From Octopus sinensis (taxonomy: Eukaryota), in contig NC_043019.1 in assembly GCF_006345805.1 (NCBI RefSeq), positions 22,753,360-22,817,359 on the forward strand: 64,000 nucleotides of DNA, read 5' to 3'. Below are positions 52,984 to 64,000 of the stretch, in pieces. Position 1 is the first letter of the stretch. Every line of letters starts with the position of its first letter. The notes beneath the pieces were generated by a model. That model saw only the letters and a program-made list of their open reading frames with translations. It searched no databases and had not been told where the DNA came from. The position numbers were made by a program, and so were the translations under genes.

Positions 52984-53212
52984 TTAACACTTTAGTGTTC
53001 AGATTACTCTGTAAAATGTAATACTTTTTTCACTCAAATTGTTTTGAATCAATCATGCATTATTGCATAGCTTTGAGGTTTCAATGTTGTGATTGTTTAT
53101 TTTTATAATATCAATGTAGGTTAGGTGTGAGAGGCTAGATATCGCCAGTTTGAATATAAAATATGTAGAATATCAGGGCCAGATATGGCCGGTTTAAACA
53201 CTAAAGGGTTAA
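52984..53212. mobile_element. piggyBac-like MITE
   Basis: TTAA|CACTTTAGTG ... CACTAAAGGG|TTAA. Confidence 0.75.
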
Positions 53213-53777
53213 AGGGTTCATGTCAATCAATTCAACCCCAGGGCTTATTTTTAAGCCTTATATTTATTTTATCAGTCTCTTTGCCGAACCACTAAGCTAT
53301 GGAGATGTAAACACACCAACACTGGTTGTCAGGCAATGGTGAAGACAAACACAGACACACACATAGATAGATATACACGACAGGCTTCTTTCAGTTTCCG
53401 TCTACCAAATCCACTCTCAAGGCTTTGGTTGTACCGAGGCTATAAAAGACACTTGCCCAAAGTTCCAGACAGTGGGACTGAACCCAGAACCATGTGGTTG
53501 GGAAGCAAGCTTCTTACCACACAGTCACACCTATGTATCTTTTGTCTGTTTCAATCTTTAGACTGTGGCCATGCTGCAGCACCACCTTGAAGAACTTTTA
53601 GTTGAATGAATTGACCCCAGAACTTATTTGTTTTATTTTTAAGCCTGGTACTTGTTCTATTTGCCTCTTTTTATGGAACAGACAAGTTATTGAGATGTAA
53701 ACGAACCAACACTGGTTGCTAAGCAGTGGTGAGGGACAAATACAGACACAAAGACACGCACAAACACATATGAACAC

Positions 53778-53812
<35 letters not shown>

Positions 53813-53869
53813 GGGAGATGTACTCGCATAGCAAGTGATTTGATCTGAGATCGTGTGCTGAAACGAAAA

Positions 53870-54147
53870 CAATTGGAGCGTGGAAGGTGTTTGTAAGCCA
53901 TTTAAGAAACACACAAAAGCCGTTCGATTCACTTCAACATTTAAATTTAATTTGTCAAAATATTTTCGTCGCTTTAAGACCGCGACCTGTTCACCAACAA
54001 AAATCCGTGCTGCATGGATTTTTGTCAGTGAACAGGTCGCGGATTTTAGCGACGAAAATATTTTGACAAATTAAACTTAAATGTTGAAGTGAATCGAACG
54101 GCTTTTGTGTGTTTCTTAAATGGCTTATAAACACCTTCCATGCTGCA

Positions 54148-54151
<4 letters not shown>
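53870..54151. repeat. 282-bp palindrome (second copy 55326-55606)
   Basis: Arms of about 140 bp around CCGTGC-T-GCATGG. Confidence 0.95.
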
Positions 54152-54182
<31 letters not shown>

Positions 54183-54239
54183 AATGTGACTGCGTGTGTA
54201 CCATTGGCGATCTTTTTCCTCTGTCTTCCCTTTTCCTAT

Positions 54240-54274
54240 GTTTCTGATGAAGAGCTCCGCTAGAAACATTAAAC
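54240..54274 (+). ncRNA. Minimal type I hammerhead-like motif, degenerate (Penelope-like)
   Basis: GTTT-CTGATGA-AGAGC TCC GCTA-GAAAC-ATT-AAAC. Confidence 0.6.
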
Positions 54275-54983
54275 CCTCCTTCTTTCCTGAGCATCCAATA
54301 ATACTATATTTGTTCCACGTCCTCGCATTATTGTGTTTTCTCTTTGTGTTTTCATGTTTGGATTAACTATATATATATATACATACATACATACACACAC
54401 ACAGACACAGAGTCCACCAAAAAAAAATGTATACACACTTCAGGAAAAGAATAACTTGTATAAATATTTGACTTGTATAAATAGCAATACCTCTTTCAAT
54501 GTTTTATCAAATCATAACACTGAATAAATTGCAACAATACTGAACAAAAGTATTCATACAAATTTTTCCTTTCCCAAAGTGTGTATACATTTCCTTTTAG
54601 CAATCTCTGTATAAAACACAAGACACACTTGTTTCAATTTCTGTCTACAAAAATCCACACACAAGGCTTTGGTTGGACCAAGAATATAGTAGAATAGTAG
54701 AAGACACTTGCCCAATGTACCACACAGTGGGACTGAACCTGGAATCATGTGGTTGGGGAAGCAAACTTCTTACGACACAGTCACACCAGCACCTGTACAT
54801 CATGTATTTAGTATAGATGGAGGGATACATAACACATCATTTCATGCCTTTATGCAGGTTTGTGCGTAGCTTGGAGGAGATAATGCCTATTTATAGGTCT
54901 TTCAATCACTCACGTAACAAACAATTTGGTTAATGAATGGACTCCAGATTGGATTATGTTCATACTCAGAGACCCCACTGCAC

Positions 54984-55014
<31 letters not shown>

Positions 55015-55209
55015 ATCACATCTGAGATTCCAGACCGTCCAACCAAAGACTAGTCACTTCTACACTTCCATTTTCCAATCCTACATGAGAGGCCGCTTGA
55101 TACCAAGCTTGTCAGGCGAGTGGTAAATGTTCTTACTGGAAGATAATGAGATAACAAAAAACAAAACAAAAAAAAAAAAATAATAATAATAATAATAATA
55201 TAATAATAA

Positions 55210-55265
<56 letters not shown>

Positions 55266-55602
55266 TTAGGGAGATGTACTCGCATAGCAAGTGATTTGAT
55301 CTGAGATCGTGTGCTGAAACGAAAACAATGGAGCGTGGAAGGTGTTTGTAAGCCATTTAAGAAACACACAAAAGCCGTTCGATTCACTTCAACATTTAAA
55401 TTTAATTTGTCAAAATATTTTCGTCGCTTTAAGACCGCGACCTGTTCACCAACAAAAATCCGTGCTGCATGGATTTTTGTCAGTGAACAGGTCGCGGATT
55501 TTAGCGACGAAAATATTTTGACAAATTAAACTTAAATGTTGAAGTGAATCGAACGGCTTTTGTGTGTTTCTTAAATGGCTTATAAACACCTTCCATGCTG
55601 CA

Positions 55603-55645
<43 letters not shown>

Positions 55646-55702
55646 AATGTGACTGCGTGTGTACCATTGGCGATCTTTTTCCTCTGTCTTCCCTTTTCCT
55701 AT

Positions 55703-55737
55703 GTTTCTGATGAAGAGCTCCGCTAGAAACATTAAAC
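55703..55737 (+). ncRNA. Duplicate of the hammerhead-like motif
   Basis: Identical to 54240-54274. Confidence 0.6.
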
Positions 55738-56649
55738 CCTCCTTCTTTCCTGAGCATCCAATAATACTATACTTGTTCCACGTCCTCGCATTATTGTGTT
55801 TTCTCTTTGTGTTTTCATGTTTGGATTAACTATATATATATACATACATACATACACACACACAGACAGACACACACACACAGAGTCCACCAAAAAAAAA
55901 TGTATACACACTTCAGGAAAAGAATAATTTGTATAAATATTTGACTTGTATAAATAGCAATACCTCTTTCAATGTTTTATCAAATCATAACACTGAATAA
56001 ATTGCAACAATACTGAATAAAAGTATTCATACAAATTTTTCCTTTCCCGAAGTGTGTATACATTTCCTTTTAGCAATCTCTGTATAAAACACAAGACACA
56101 CTTGTTTCAATTTCTGTCTACAAAAATCCACACACAAGGCTTTGGTTGGACCAAGAATATAGTAGAATAGTAGAAGACACTTGCCCAATGTACCACACAG
56201 TGGGACTGAACCTGGAATCATGTGGTTGGGGAAGCAAACTTCTTACGACACAGTCACACCAGCACCTGTACATCATGTATTTAGTATAGATGGAGGGATA
56301 CATAACACATCATTTCATGCCTTTATGCAGGTTTGTGCGTAGCTTGGAGGAGATAATGCCTATTTATAGGTCTTTCAATCACTCACGTAACAAACAATTT
56401 GGTTAATGAATGGACTCCAGATTGGATTATGTTCATACTCAGAGACCCCACTGCACATATATATATATACATATATATATATATAATCACATCTGAGATT
56501 CCAGACCGTCCAACCAAAGACTAGTCACTTCTACACTTCCATTTTCCAATCCTACATGAGAGCCGCTTGATACCAAGCTTGTCAGGCGAGTGGTAAATGT
56601 TCTTACTGGAAGATAATGAGATAACAAAAAACAAAACAAAAAAAAAAAA

Positions 56650-56728
<79 letters not shown>

Positions 56729-57559
56729 ATAAAATCCTAGTTCCGGGTATTGCTGATGTATGTAAGCCAACCTGACTGTGATGAATAAATAAAAAAGAAA
56801 GTAAGCACTCCTATGCTGAAGGAGAATAGAGAAATAGTGATTAATCTGGTTTTAACTAATAATATGGAGGCTATATTTAGATACCAGAGTGATTCAGGTA
56901 GAAAACTATGGGTAAGAGAGAGAGAGAGAGCATGTGTGTGTGCGCATTCGTTTGTGTGTGAGTGTGCAGGATTGTGTGTGTGTGTTTGCAAAAGAGTATG
57001 AGTGTGTGTGTGTATGTGTGCAGAAGAGTTTGAGTGAGTGAGTGTGTGTGTGTGTGTGTGTATGCATGGGAGAGAGAATGCGTATGCATGCAAGAGATAG
57101 TGTGTGTGTGTAAGTGTGTGTTTGCAAGAGTGTATATATGTATGTGTATGTGTTGAGGGTGTGTAAGTATGTACAGAGTGTCTGGGCTAAATTCAATGAC
57201 ATCTTTTTTTTTTTTACGTTTCCTTTATTTTTTTTTTTTCAGGAAATGCTTGATGTACAGGTAGAACAGTCAACGGTGTTGGAGAGCATGAAGATTTTGA
57301 GAAAAGTTAAATGCCATGGATGACTTGGAAGCCATCTGAATATTGGAAAAGAATTACCAGTATCATGAGGACTTGTGCTGGGTATCAAAATGCTACCATC
57401 ATGACTACTGCTTAATGTTCTGTCAACACTGCGAAGGCAGTAATTAATACATGACATGGATGGATGCAACAGGAAGAGAGAAAACCATGACCAGCTGGAT
57501 GGGACAGTAGGCGTTGATTGTCAGCTGGGTAGGACCGTAGGCGTTGATTGTCAGCATGC

Positions 57560-57973
57560 CAGAATTCATCCCCACAATCTTTGAACAGAAGCTTAAGCTC
57601 AATTCAGATGACTAAATTAAGCTGTTGGAGACTTTGTTCAATCCCTGGCTGGAGAGGGTTGCCGCTGGAAGACCATATGTGTGGCAGCAGGATTTGGCTT
57701 CTTGCCGTATCTCCAGAAAGAGCCAGAAGTGATTTTTGGAGGATTTCAACGACTTCACCAGCTGCACTTTCTGGACTTCCAAATCCCTCAATTTTAATCC
57801 TATGTGTTGCTTATGGATGAGAAAGACACCAACCGCTCTGCCAGGACCTAGCTGGTGCCAAGAAGACAGGGGTGTTCAAAGATCTTCCCAGGGACACAGT
57901 GAGGAATGCATGCGCCAGGTTCTGGAACCATCTTGAGGCTGTCGTAGAAGTTGAGGGCAGATACTCTGAATAA
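57560..57973 (+). mobile_element. Tc1/mariner-superfamily transposase C-terminal remnant
   Basis: PWLERVAAGRPYVWQQD...NFNPM...VFKDLPRDTVRNACARFWNHLEAVVEVEGRYSE*, with stops and frameshifts. Confidence 0.9.
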
Positions 57974-58870
57974 ACTGTTATTTCCCAAGCTATAATCTAG
58001 TTTATTATTATAATCAAAAGGATTCTACAAATGACCATCCATCATTAATTTCTTTTCCAGAACAGTGTATCAAGGACAACACAATCTAAAGACATTCTTC
58101 TTTTTTTATTTACCTTTAGTGGTAGGGTTTCATACAATGATGATTTCACTCCTATTTCTGGCTGACTGTTCAAACATGTAGAGGCCCTTCTTTCATGATT
58201 TTGAGAGAGAAAGAAAGATAACTGCGTGTGTGTGAGCACATGCATGCATCAAGTGAGTTTATGTGCAGCAAGGTAAAAAGAGTTTGGTTGAGAAACAGTC
58301 GGCATAAAGTCAACAGCTTGAGAGAGAGAGAGAGAGAGAGAAAGAGTCTGTCATACTTGTGTGTCTCTAGATTATTAGTACCATCTGTTTACCAATCTGT
58401 TTCATATACCTATGAGTGTGTGTGTGTATATTTATATATTTATGTATATATATAGACATGCATTCATATATACATATAAAAGCATCTTACTCCATGCTGT
58501 TATCTCTTAAATTTACATATCTCTCTCTTCCTCTCTCTCTATATATATACAGCCATAACAACAATGGTGAGGAGGGAGGAAGGGGACACATGCTTTTTCT
58601 ATGTACAATTATGGCAGGTTAAATGACAGAATTGGCACCAGAACCATGCGACAAAAATATCTTTGAGGTATTTGGTTACATAGTTAACACGTTCTTTTAC
58701 AGTTGTTCTCAAGTTCAAATCTAGCCTCTGCCCACTGAACTTATCGTCCTTCCAAGGTCCTTCAATCATTGTTTTCTCTTGTATAGAACTATATATTCTA
58801 TATAGAGACGCCATGATAGATCGTTAGCTACTACACACATTTTTTTTCTCTCCTTGTTTTTTTCTGTGTA

Positions 58871-58908
58871 TCTTTCTGTCGAAGAGCTTAGGCTCGAAAC
58901 GTAAAAGA
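58871..58908 (+). ncRNA. Minimal type I hammerhead-like motif with a core mutation
   Basis: TCTTT-CTGTCGA-AGAGC TTAG GCTC-GAAAC-GTA-AAAGA; stem I and stem II pair. Confidence 0.65.
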
Positions 58909-59073
58909 CTTTTTCTATTCCTGAGTGCTATACTAATACATCTGTTTGTTTGTACACCACCTGCCTTCATAAACTTTCCCTTTATATATTCTATATGTTT
59001 TGTAAGATGATACATTAAGGAGCTTTATGAGTACTGGTAGATTACTTAAATCTATATATTGTGACTTAAATAG

Positions 59074-59107
<34 letters not shown>

Positions 59108-59109
<2 letters not shown>

Positions 59110-59435
59110 TTTTATCTTCTAGTTTCAGCTCACGAGCTGTGGCCATGCTGGGGCACTGCCATTTGGTGTTGCTACATAATTTTATTTCACAAATGCTTTT
59201 TAGCAATTGACATTTGGTGCATGAGAGAGTTTGATGCAGCTGCCGTCGTCTGCACCTCCTGCTGCGAAGTTGGTTCATCTAGGAAGAGGTCCAGCTTTAT
59301 TTTGAAGACACCTACATCCACCCCATGCAGGTCTCTCAAGTCATTCGGGAGGATATTGAAGAGCTGTGGACCTCTGAAGCCCAGGCTATTGCAGTATCTT
59401 GTCCTACATCTTGATGGCAAATTTGGAGTCCTTGG
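59108..59435 (-). mobile_element. CR1-like LINE 3' end
   Basis: NSLGFRGPQLFNILPNDLRDL...FKIKLDLFLDEP...AAASNSL*, followed by a short 3' UTR. Clade assignment is from recalled motifs. Confidence 0.65.
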
Positions 59436-60023
59436 CTGTGTGTGCATGTGTATATATGAGTACATGTGTACGTGTGTTTACAGGTGTCTATGTCAAAGTT
59501 TAAGACAGCAGTTCATCAAACAAAGTACAATAAAATATGCATCAGCTGGAAATGCAAAGTGAATGTGATGGTGGTGGTGGTGGTGTGATGTGATAGAGAG
59601 TCAATACAATAAGCAGCAAACACTTCGAGGCATTGTTCCAGCATGGCCACAGCCCACTGGCTGAAATCACTAAAAGAAGTGTGTATGTGTATGTAAGACT
59701 CCATATAGTAATAATATCCATGATGAAGAAGAATAAAATCTCCAAAACAAAAAAGCTATTCTCTTTCTGCAACTCATAAAAATGTTCAGATCTATCAAAC
59801 CCAAAACTCAGAGAAAAGAAAAAAGAAAAACCAAAAATATGGTTGAAAATTAACAATAAAAAAAACTGAAGTGACTAAAACAAATAAAATACTAAAAGTG
59901 TTCTTTGAAACTATAGTGTAGTTACAGAAGATAAACAGAAGCTAGTATATTTTAAAAATAACATTCCATATATACATATATATATACACCATCAACATCA
60001 TCATCATTATGATTATTATTATG

Positions 60024-60056
<33 letters not shown>

Positions 60057-60681
60057 TAACGCTTGTTTTCCAAGCTAGCATGGGTTGGATGGCTTGACGG
60101 GAGATGGTAAACCAGAGAACTGCCCTAAGCTCCAGTGTCTGTTTTGCCTTGGGTTTCTTAGCTGGATGCTCTTCTTAATGCCAACCACTTCACACAGTGG
60201 ACTGAATGGTTTTTTCAGAAGACACCAGCACTAGCAAGATCTGTTTGGCATAGATTTTCACTGAGTGCTTTCTACATGGCATCCACACCAATGAGGCCTG
60301 TATTATACATACACACAAACATGCATACATACATGGTGCAATAGAAAAGCTCTTCATATTTTACATGGTCACTGGTGTGGTACCAGTGAATATAGGTTGG
60401 TAGTAATGGAAACTTCTTGCTGCTAATATTTTACCATTTTAGTTTTTTTTTGTCATTTTACAGTTTCTCTCACAGTTTGAACTAGCGCACACCATGCAGT
60501 TGCTACTGAAATGTTTACCAAGTTGAATCTGAGGGGAATTTTTTACCTCACTTTGGAGATATGAGAAAGAGAGAAACAGAGAATGTGAAGAGAATATAGT
60601 GTGTGAAGGAAACAATAAGAAAACACATTGTAAAAAAAAAAAAGGTGGGGAGCATTAACAAAAATAAACAACAACAATAAA

Positions 60682-60713
<32 letters not shown>

Positions 60714-60922
60714 CAACAATGATATAATCGACAGAATATTTGCAATGGTACTTGCTATATTGATCAAATATTGTCTTTCTCATAAAAATAACCAAATTCC
60801 ATGTTAACTTAAAACTGAAATTGTTAATCAATAGAGCTTGGAAATCTGGAACGGTCTTTGTTCTCATCAAAGCGTGGAGGGGAGGGGAATGAATAAATAA
60901 ATAAATTCTGAATTTCATTTAT

Positions 60923-60974
<52 letters not shown>

Positions 60975-61744
60975 TGGCATTTTTATCCTTTCTAAATTTT
61001 TTCTGCTTTTTTTTTTTTTTTGGTCTTTCCTTCTAAAGCTTGCCATTCTATTTATTTATTTTTTGTTATTTCTAAGATTATTTCTTACAAATCTTTGTTA
61101 GCTTTTTTCAATATGTACATGTATATACACACACACAAAGTGAAACTGAACTAACACAACAAATGACTGATTATATAAACCGAGTGAAATTTGAGCCATT
61201 TCAAAAATGGTATTTTGCTTTCCGTTTTGAAAAAATGTAACAAATGAAATAAAAATAAAATACAAAAACAATAAACAAAATAAATAAAAAGATACCTGCC
61301 CTTTCCATATCTCTCTTCTCATTTTCTCTATTATACCCCAACCCTTCTGTCTCTGTGTTGCTGGTGCATCAAAACTTGCTCTGTTTGATGTCACAAAATT
61401 CAAATTATGGCAAGAAAGCTTTGCAATTGTTATAATCTAAAAGTAATAAACAGGGGAAATGTCACACGCGCACACATATTTGATGTTTATGGCTTATTAA
61501 CACACAAGAAGTGTTCTTGATGATACACTCATACACAGATACAGGCTGCTTACAGTATCAAAGTATTACAAGGACTTTATATAAAAGACACCTAAACTCC
61601 AAGTTTCATTTCAGCTTGCCTCTGATCTTTGGTGGTCAGTCAATAATTACTAATTATGGGTAATTATTCGATAAACTCAAGTTATGGGTGGGTTTTTGAT
61701 GAATTTGAACATACTGAATATTCACTAAATGTGTACAGGTGTAG

Positions 61745-62130
61745 ACATGGCTATGTGATAAGAAGCTTGCTTCTCAGACACATGGCTCTGGGTTCAGTCC
61801 CACTGTGTAGAACCTAGGGTAAGTGTCTTCTGATATAGCCTCAGGTCACCCAAAGCCTGTGAGCGGATTTGGTTGATGGAAACAAAAAGAAGCCCATTGT
61901 GTGTGTGTGTGTGTGTGTGTTCATATATGTGTTTGTTCCCCACAACTGCTTGACAACTGGTGTTGGTGTGTTTACATCTCCATGACTTAGCAGTTCGGCA
62001 AAATGTTTTGATAGAATAAGCACTAGGCTTAACAAAAAAAAAAGTACCAGAGTTGGTTCATTCAACTATAAATTCTTCAAGACAGTGCTCCAGCATGGCT
62101 TCAGTCTAATGATTGAAACAAGTATAAGAT
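61745..62130 (+). mobile_element. Older SINE family A copy
   Basis: Collinear but diverged. Confidence 0.8.
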
Positions 62131-62621
62131 AAAAGACATGCAGTGAGATGGATGGGAAAAATCTGGGGTATAGGTACAAAACACTTGTTACCAAACACAA
62201 AAACAATTGGACAGCCAGCCATCACTCACAAGGGTGAGAGTGGCTTGGTAACATGTACCATGCTTTCTTATAACAATTGTATTAAGTGCCTGTGTAGTCA
62301 TAAGTAAATACAAGCACCTTCTAGACTATCCCACCCTTTGATCCAGTCACACATCCAGAATGTGACAAGGGGGCTGCAGCAGCACCCAGATGGTAGAAAT
62401 GAAGTACCTTGCTGAAGGACACAATGCATTGCCCAATCCACTCACATGTATAAAGCACATCATCAACATCATCATTTAACGCTTGTCTTCCAAGTTGACA
62501 TGCATCTGACAGTTTGTCAGGGTCTGACGTATTGGGAGGGCTGCATCATGTAGCAAGGTTTCTACAGCTGGATGTGGAATGTGCACACAGTACACACCGT
62601 AAAGCAGTTTGTACTACAAGG

Positions 62622-62853
62622 GGCGGCGAGCTGGCAGAAACGTTAGCATGCCGGGTGAAATGCATAGCCGTATTTCGTCTGCCATTACATTCTGAGTTCA
62701 AATTCCACCAAGGTCGACTTTGCCTTTCATCCTTTCGGGGTCGATTAAATAAGTACCAGTTATGCACTGGGGTCGATGTAATCGATTTAATCCGTTTGTC
62801 TGTCCTTGTTTGTCCCCTCTATGTTTAGCCCCTTGTGGGCAATAAAGAAATAA
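62622..62853 (+). mobile_element. SINE family B
   Basis: Full-length from GGCGGCGAG to AAAGAAATAAG. Confidence 0.88.
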
Positions 62854-63319
62854 GGGGCAACCAGCCATAGAAACCATCCAAAAGACATTGTAGTATGATG
62901 CGATATACAGTCCTCCAACTTGTTACATTTTGTCCAAATGTCCAAACCCCGACCCTGAGAATATGGTGAACAGACATTATATGATGATTTGGGTTTTTCT
63001 TTTTGCTTTTTTTTTTTTTTGGTGGTGTTGGTGATGAGAGGAGAGAAAGGGTACAAGAGAGATTTAATGCTGTTATTCTTCAATGTATTCCATACTTCCC
63101 CTGGTCCCTGATAATAATCTATAACCATCCTGCTCCTGCCTCTTCACCCCAGAAAACAAAAATGGAAGCATCAGTACTTATTTCCAGTCGAGCTGGAATA
63201 TCACTTGGCCTCCTGTCTTAATAAGGTTATAGAGGCATGACCCCGTAACCTTTGTTCTTATTCAAGCATTCCCATAATTAATTCTTCAACCATTCCACAA
63301 CATATCTGTGCAGCCCCCT

Positions 63320-63353
<34 letters not shown>

Positions 63354-64000
63354 CACAGATGTGTGTCTGTGTGTGTGCACTTACAAAAACAGAACCCAGC
63401 ACTTATATAGCCTATCTTTTCAGTTACTGCAATAATAAACTTGGATAATAATATACCAAGCCAAGAACTAACTATCCATATCTTAAATTATACTTTCTGT
63501 TTGTGTTGAGCTTAAAAAATTATTTATCTAGAAGATATGAAGGTAAAAAAACATAACATGTATATGCTTTTTCTTCACACACAAACACACACAGACACAC
63601 ACAACACTCAAGTACACCTAGTGCTCACGAAACTGTTGCTGTGATGTTTTATATGCATGCATATATATATATAGAGGCACACACACACACACATACACTC
63701 ATACGTGTGTGTTTACAAATATAGACACATACACTGACACACAAAATTAACTGTTGAGATTTAATTTCCATGTAGTAACAGCGTTATTTATAAACCATGA
63801 TGAAAATATTCAAGGATATACTGTAAACCATACAATACAAAGAAATACATGTGTATGCATGAGTGTACATGTGTGTGTGTACGTGTGTGTGTGTGTGTCG
63901 TAAATGAAGCAGCGTTTAACAACATTTTAGATGTAGCTTTATTTATGAGTGTGGTGTGTTCAGGTAGGAGTTTTGCGGTGGGGGTTGAGCTGTGCACTGG

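Larger units (their letters stand above)
53809..56720. repeat. Near-identical tandem duplication, unit about 1.46 kb
   Basis: TAGGGAGATGTACTCGC at 53811 and 55267; about six small differences outside the microsatellites. Confidence 0.97.

Overview
AT-rich, microsatellite-saturated, repeat-dense metazoan DNA. The SINE/LINE repertoire is what I recall from octopus genomes (inference; no search run). Only one protein-coding exon is well supported, and the ORF track misses it. It is the first coding exon of a FARP/Cdep-type FERM-RhoGEF-PH gene on the minus strand (CDS 3651-3752, MAADTISPKSPRKGKLINLHVKMLDDTQHIFQVQ; exon 3651-3960 with canonical splice sites). The gene continues beyond the left edge, so most of the window is probably its 5' intron(s) or upstream region. 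The rest consists of several tRNA-headed SINE families (many with TSDs), RTE and CR1-like LINE 3' ends, Tc1/mariner remnants, hAT- and piggyBac-like MITEs, Penelope-like fragments with degenerate hammerhead motifs, several long foldback palindromes and a 1.46-kb tandem duplication. The most anomalous feature is a sharply bounded block of about 300 bp (38081-38380; about 59% GC, about 34 CpG by manual count). It sits between two truncated SINEs, carries a nested stem-loop and an exact 13-bp direct repeat, and resembles nothing else in the window. It could be foreign, an unknown element, or artificial. Almost all ORFs in the supplied track are microsatellite or SINE artefacts. Repeat boundaries were read by eye and are approximate.
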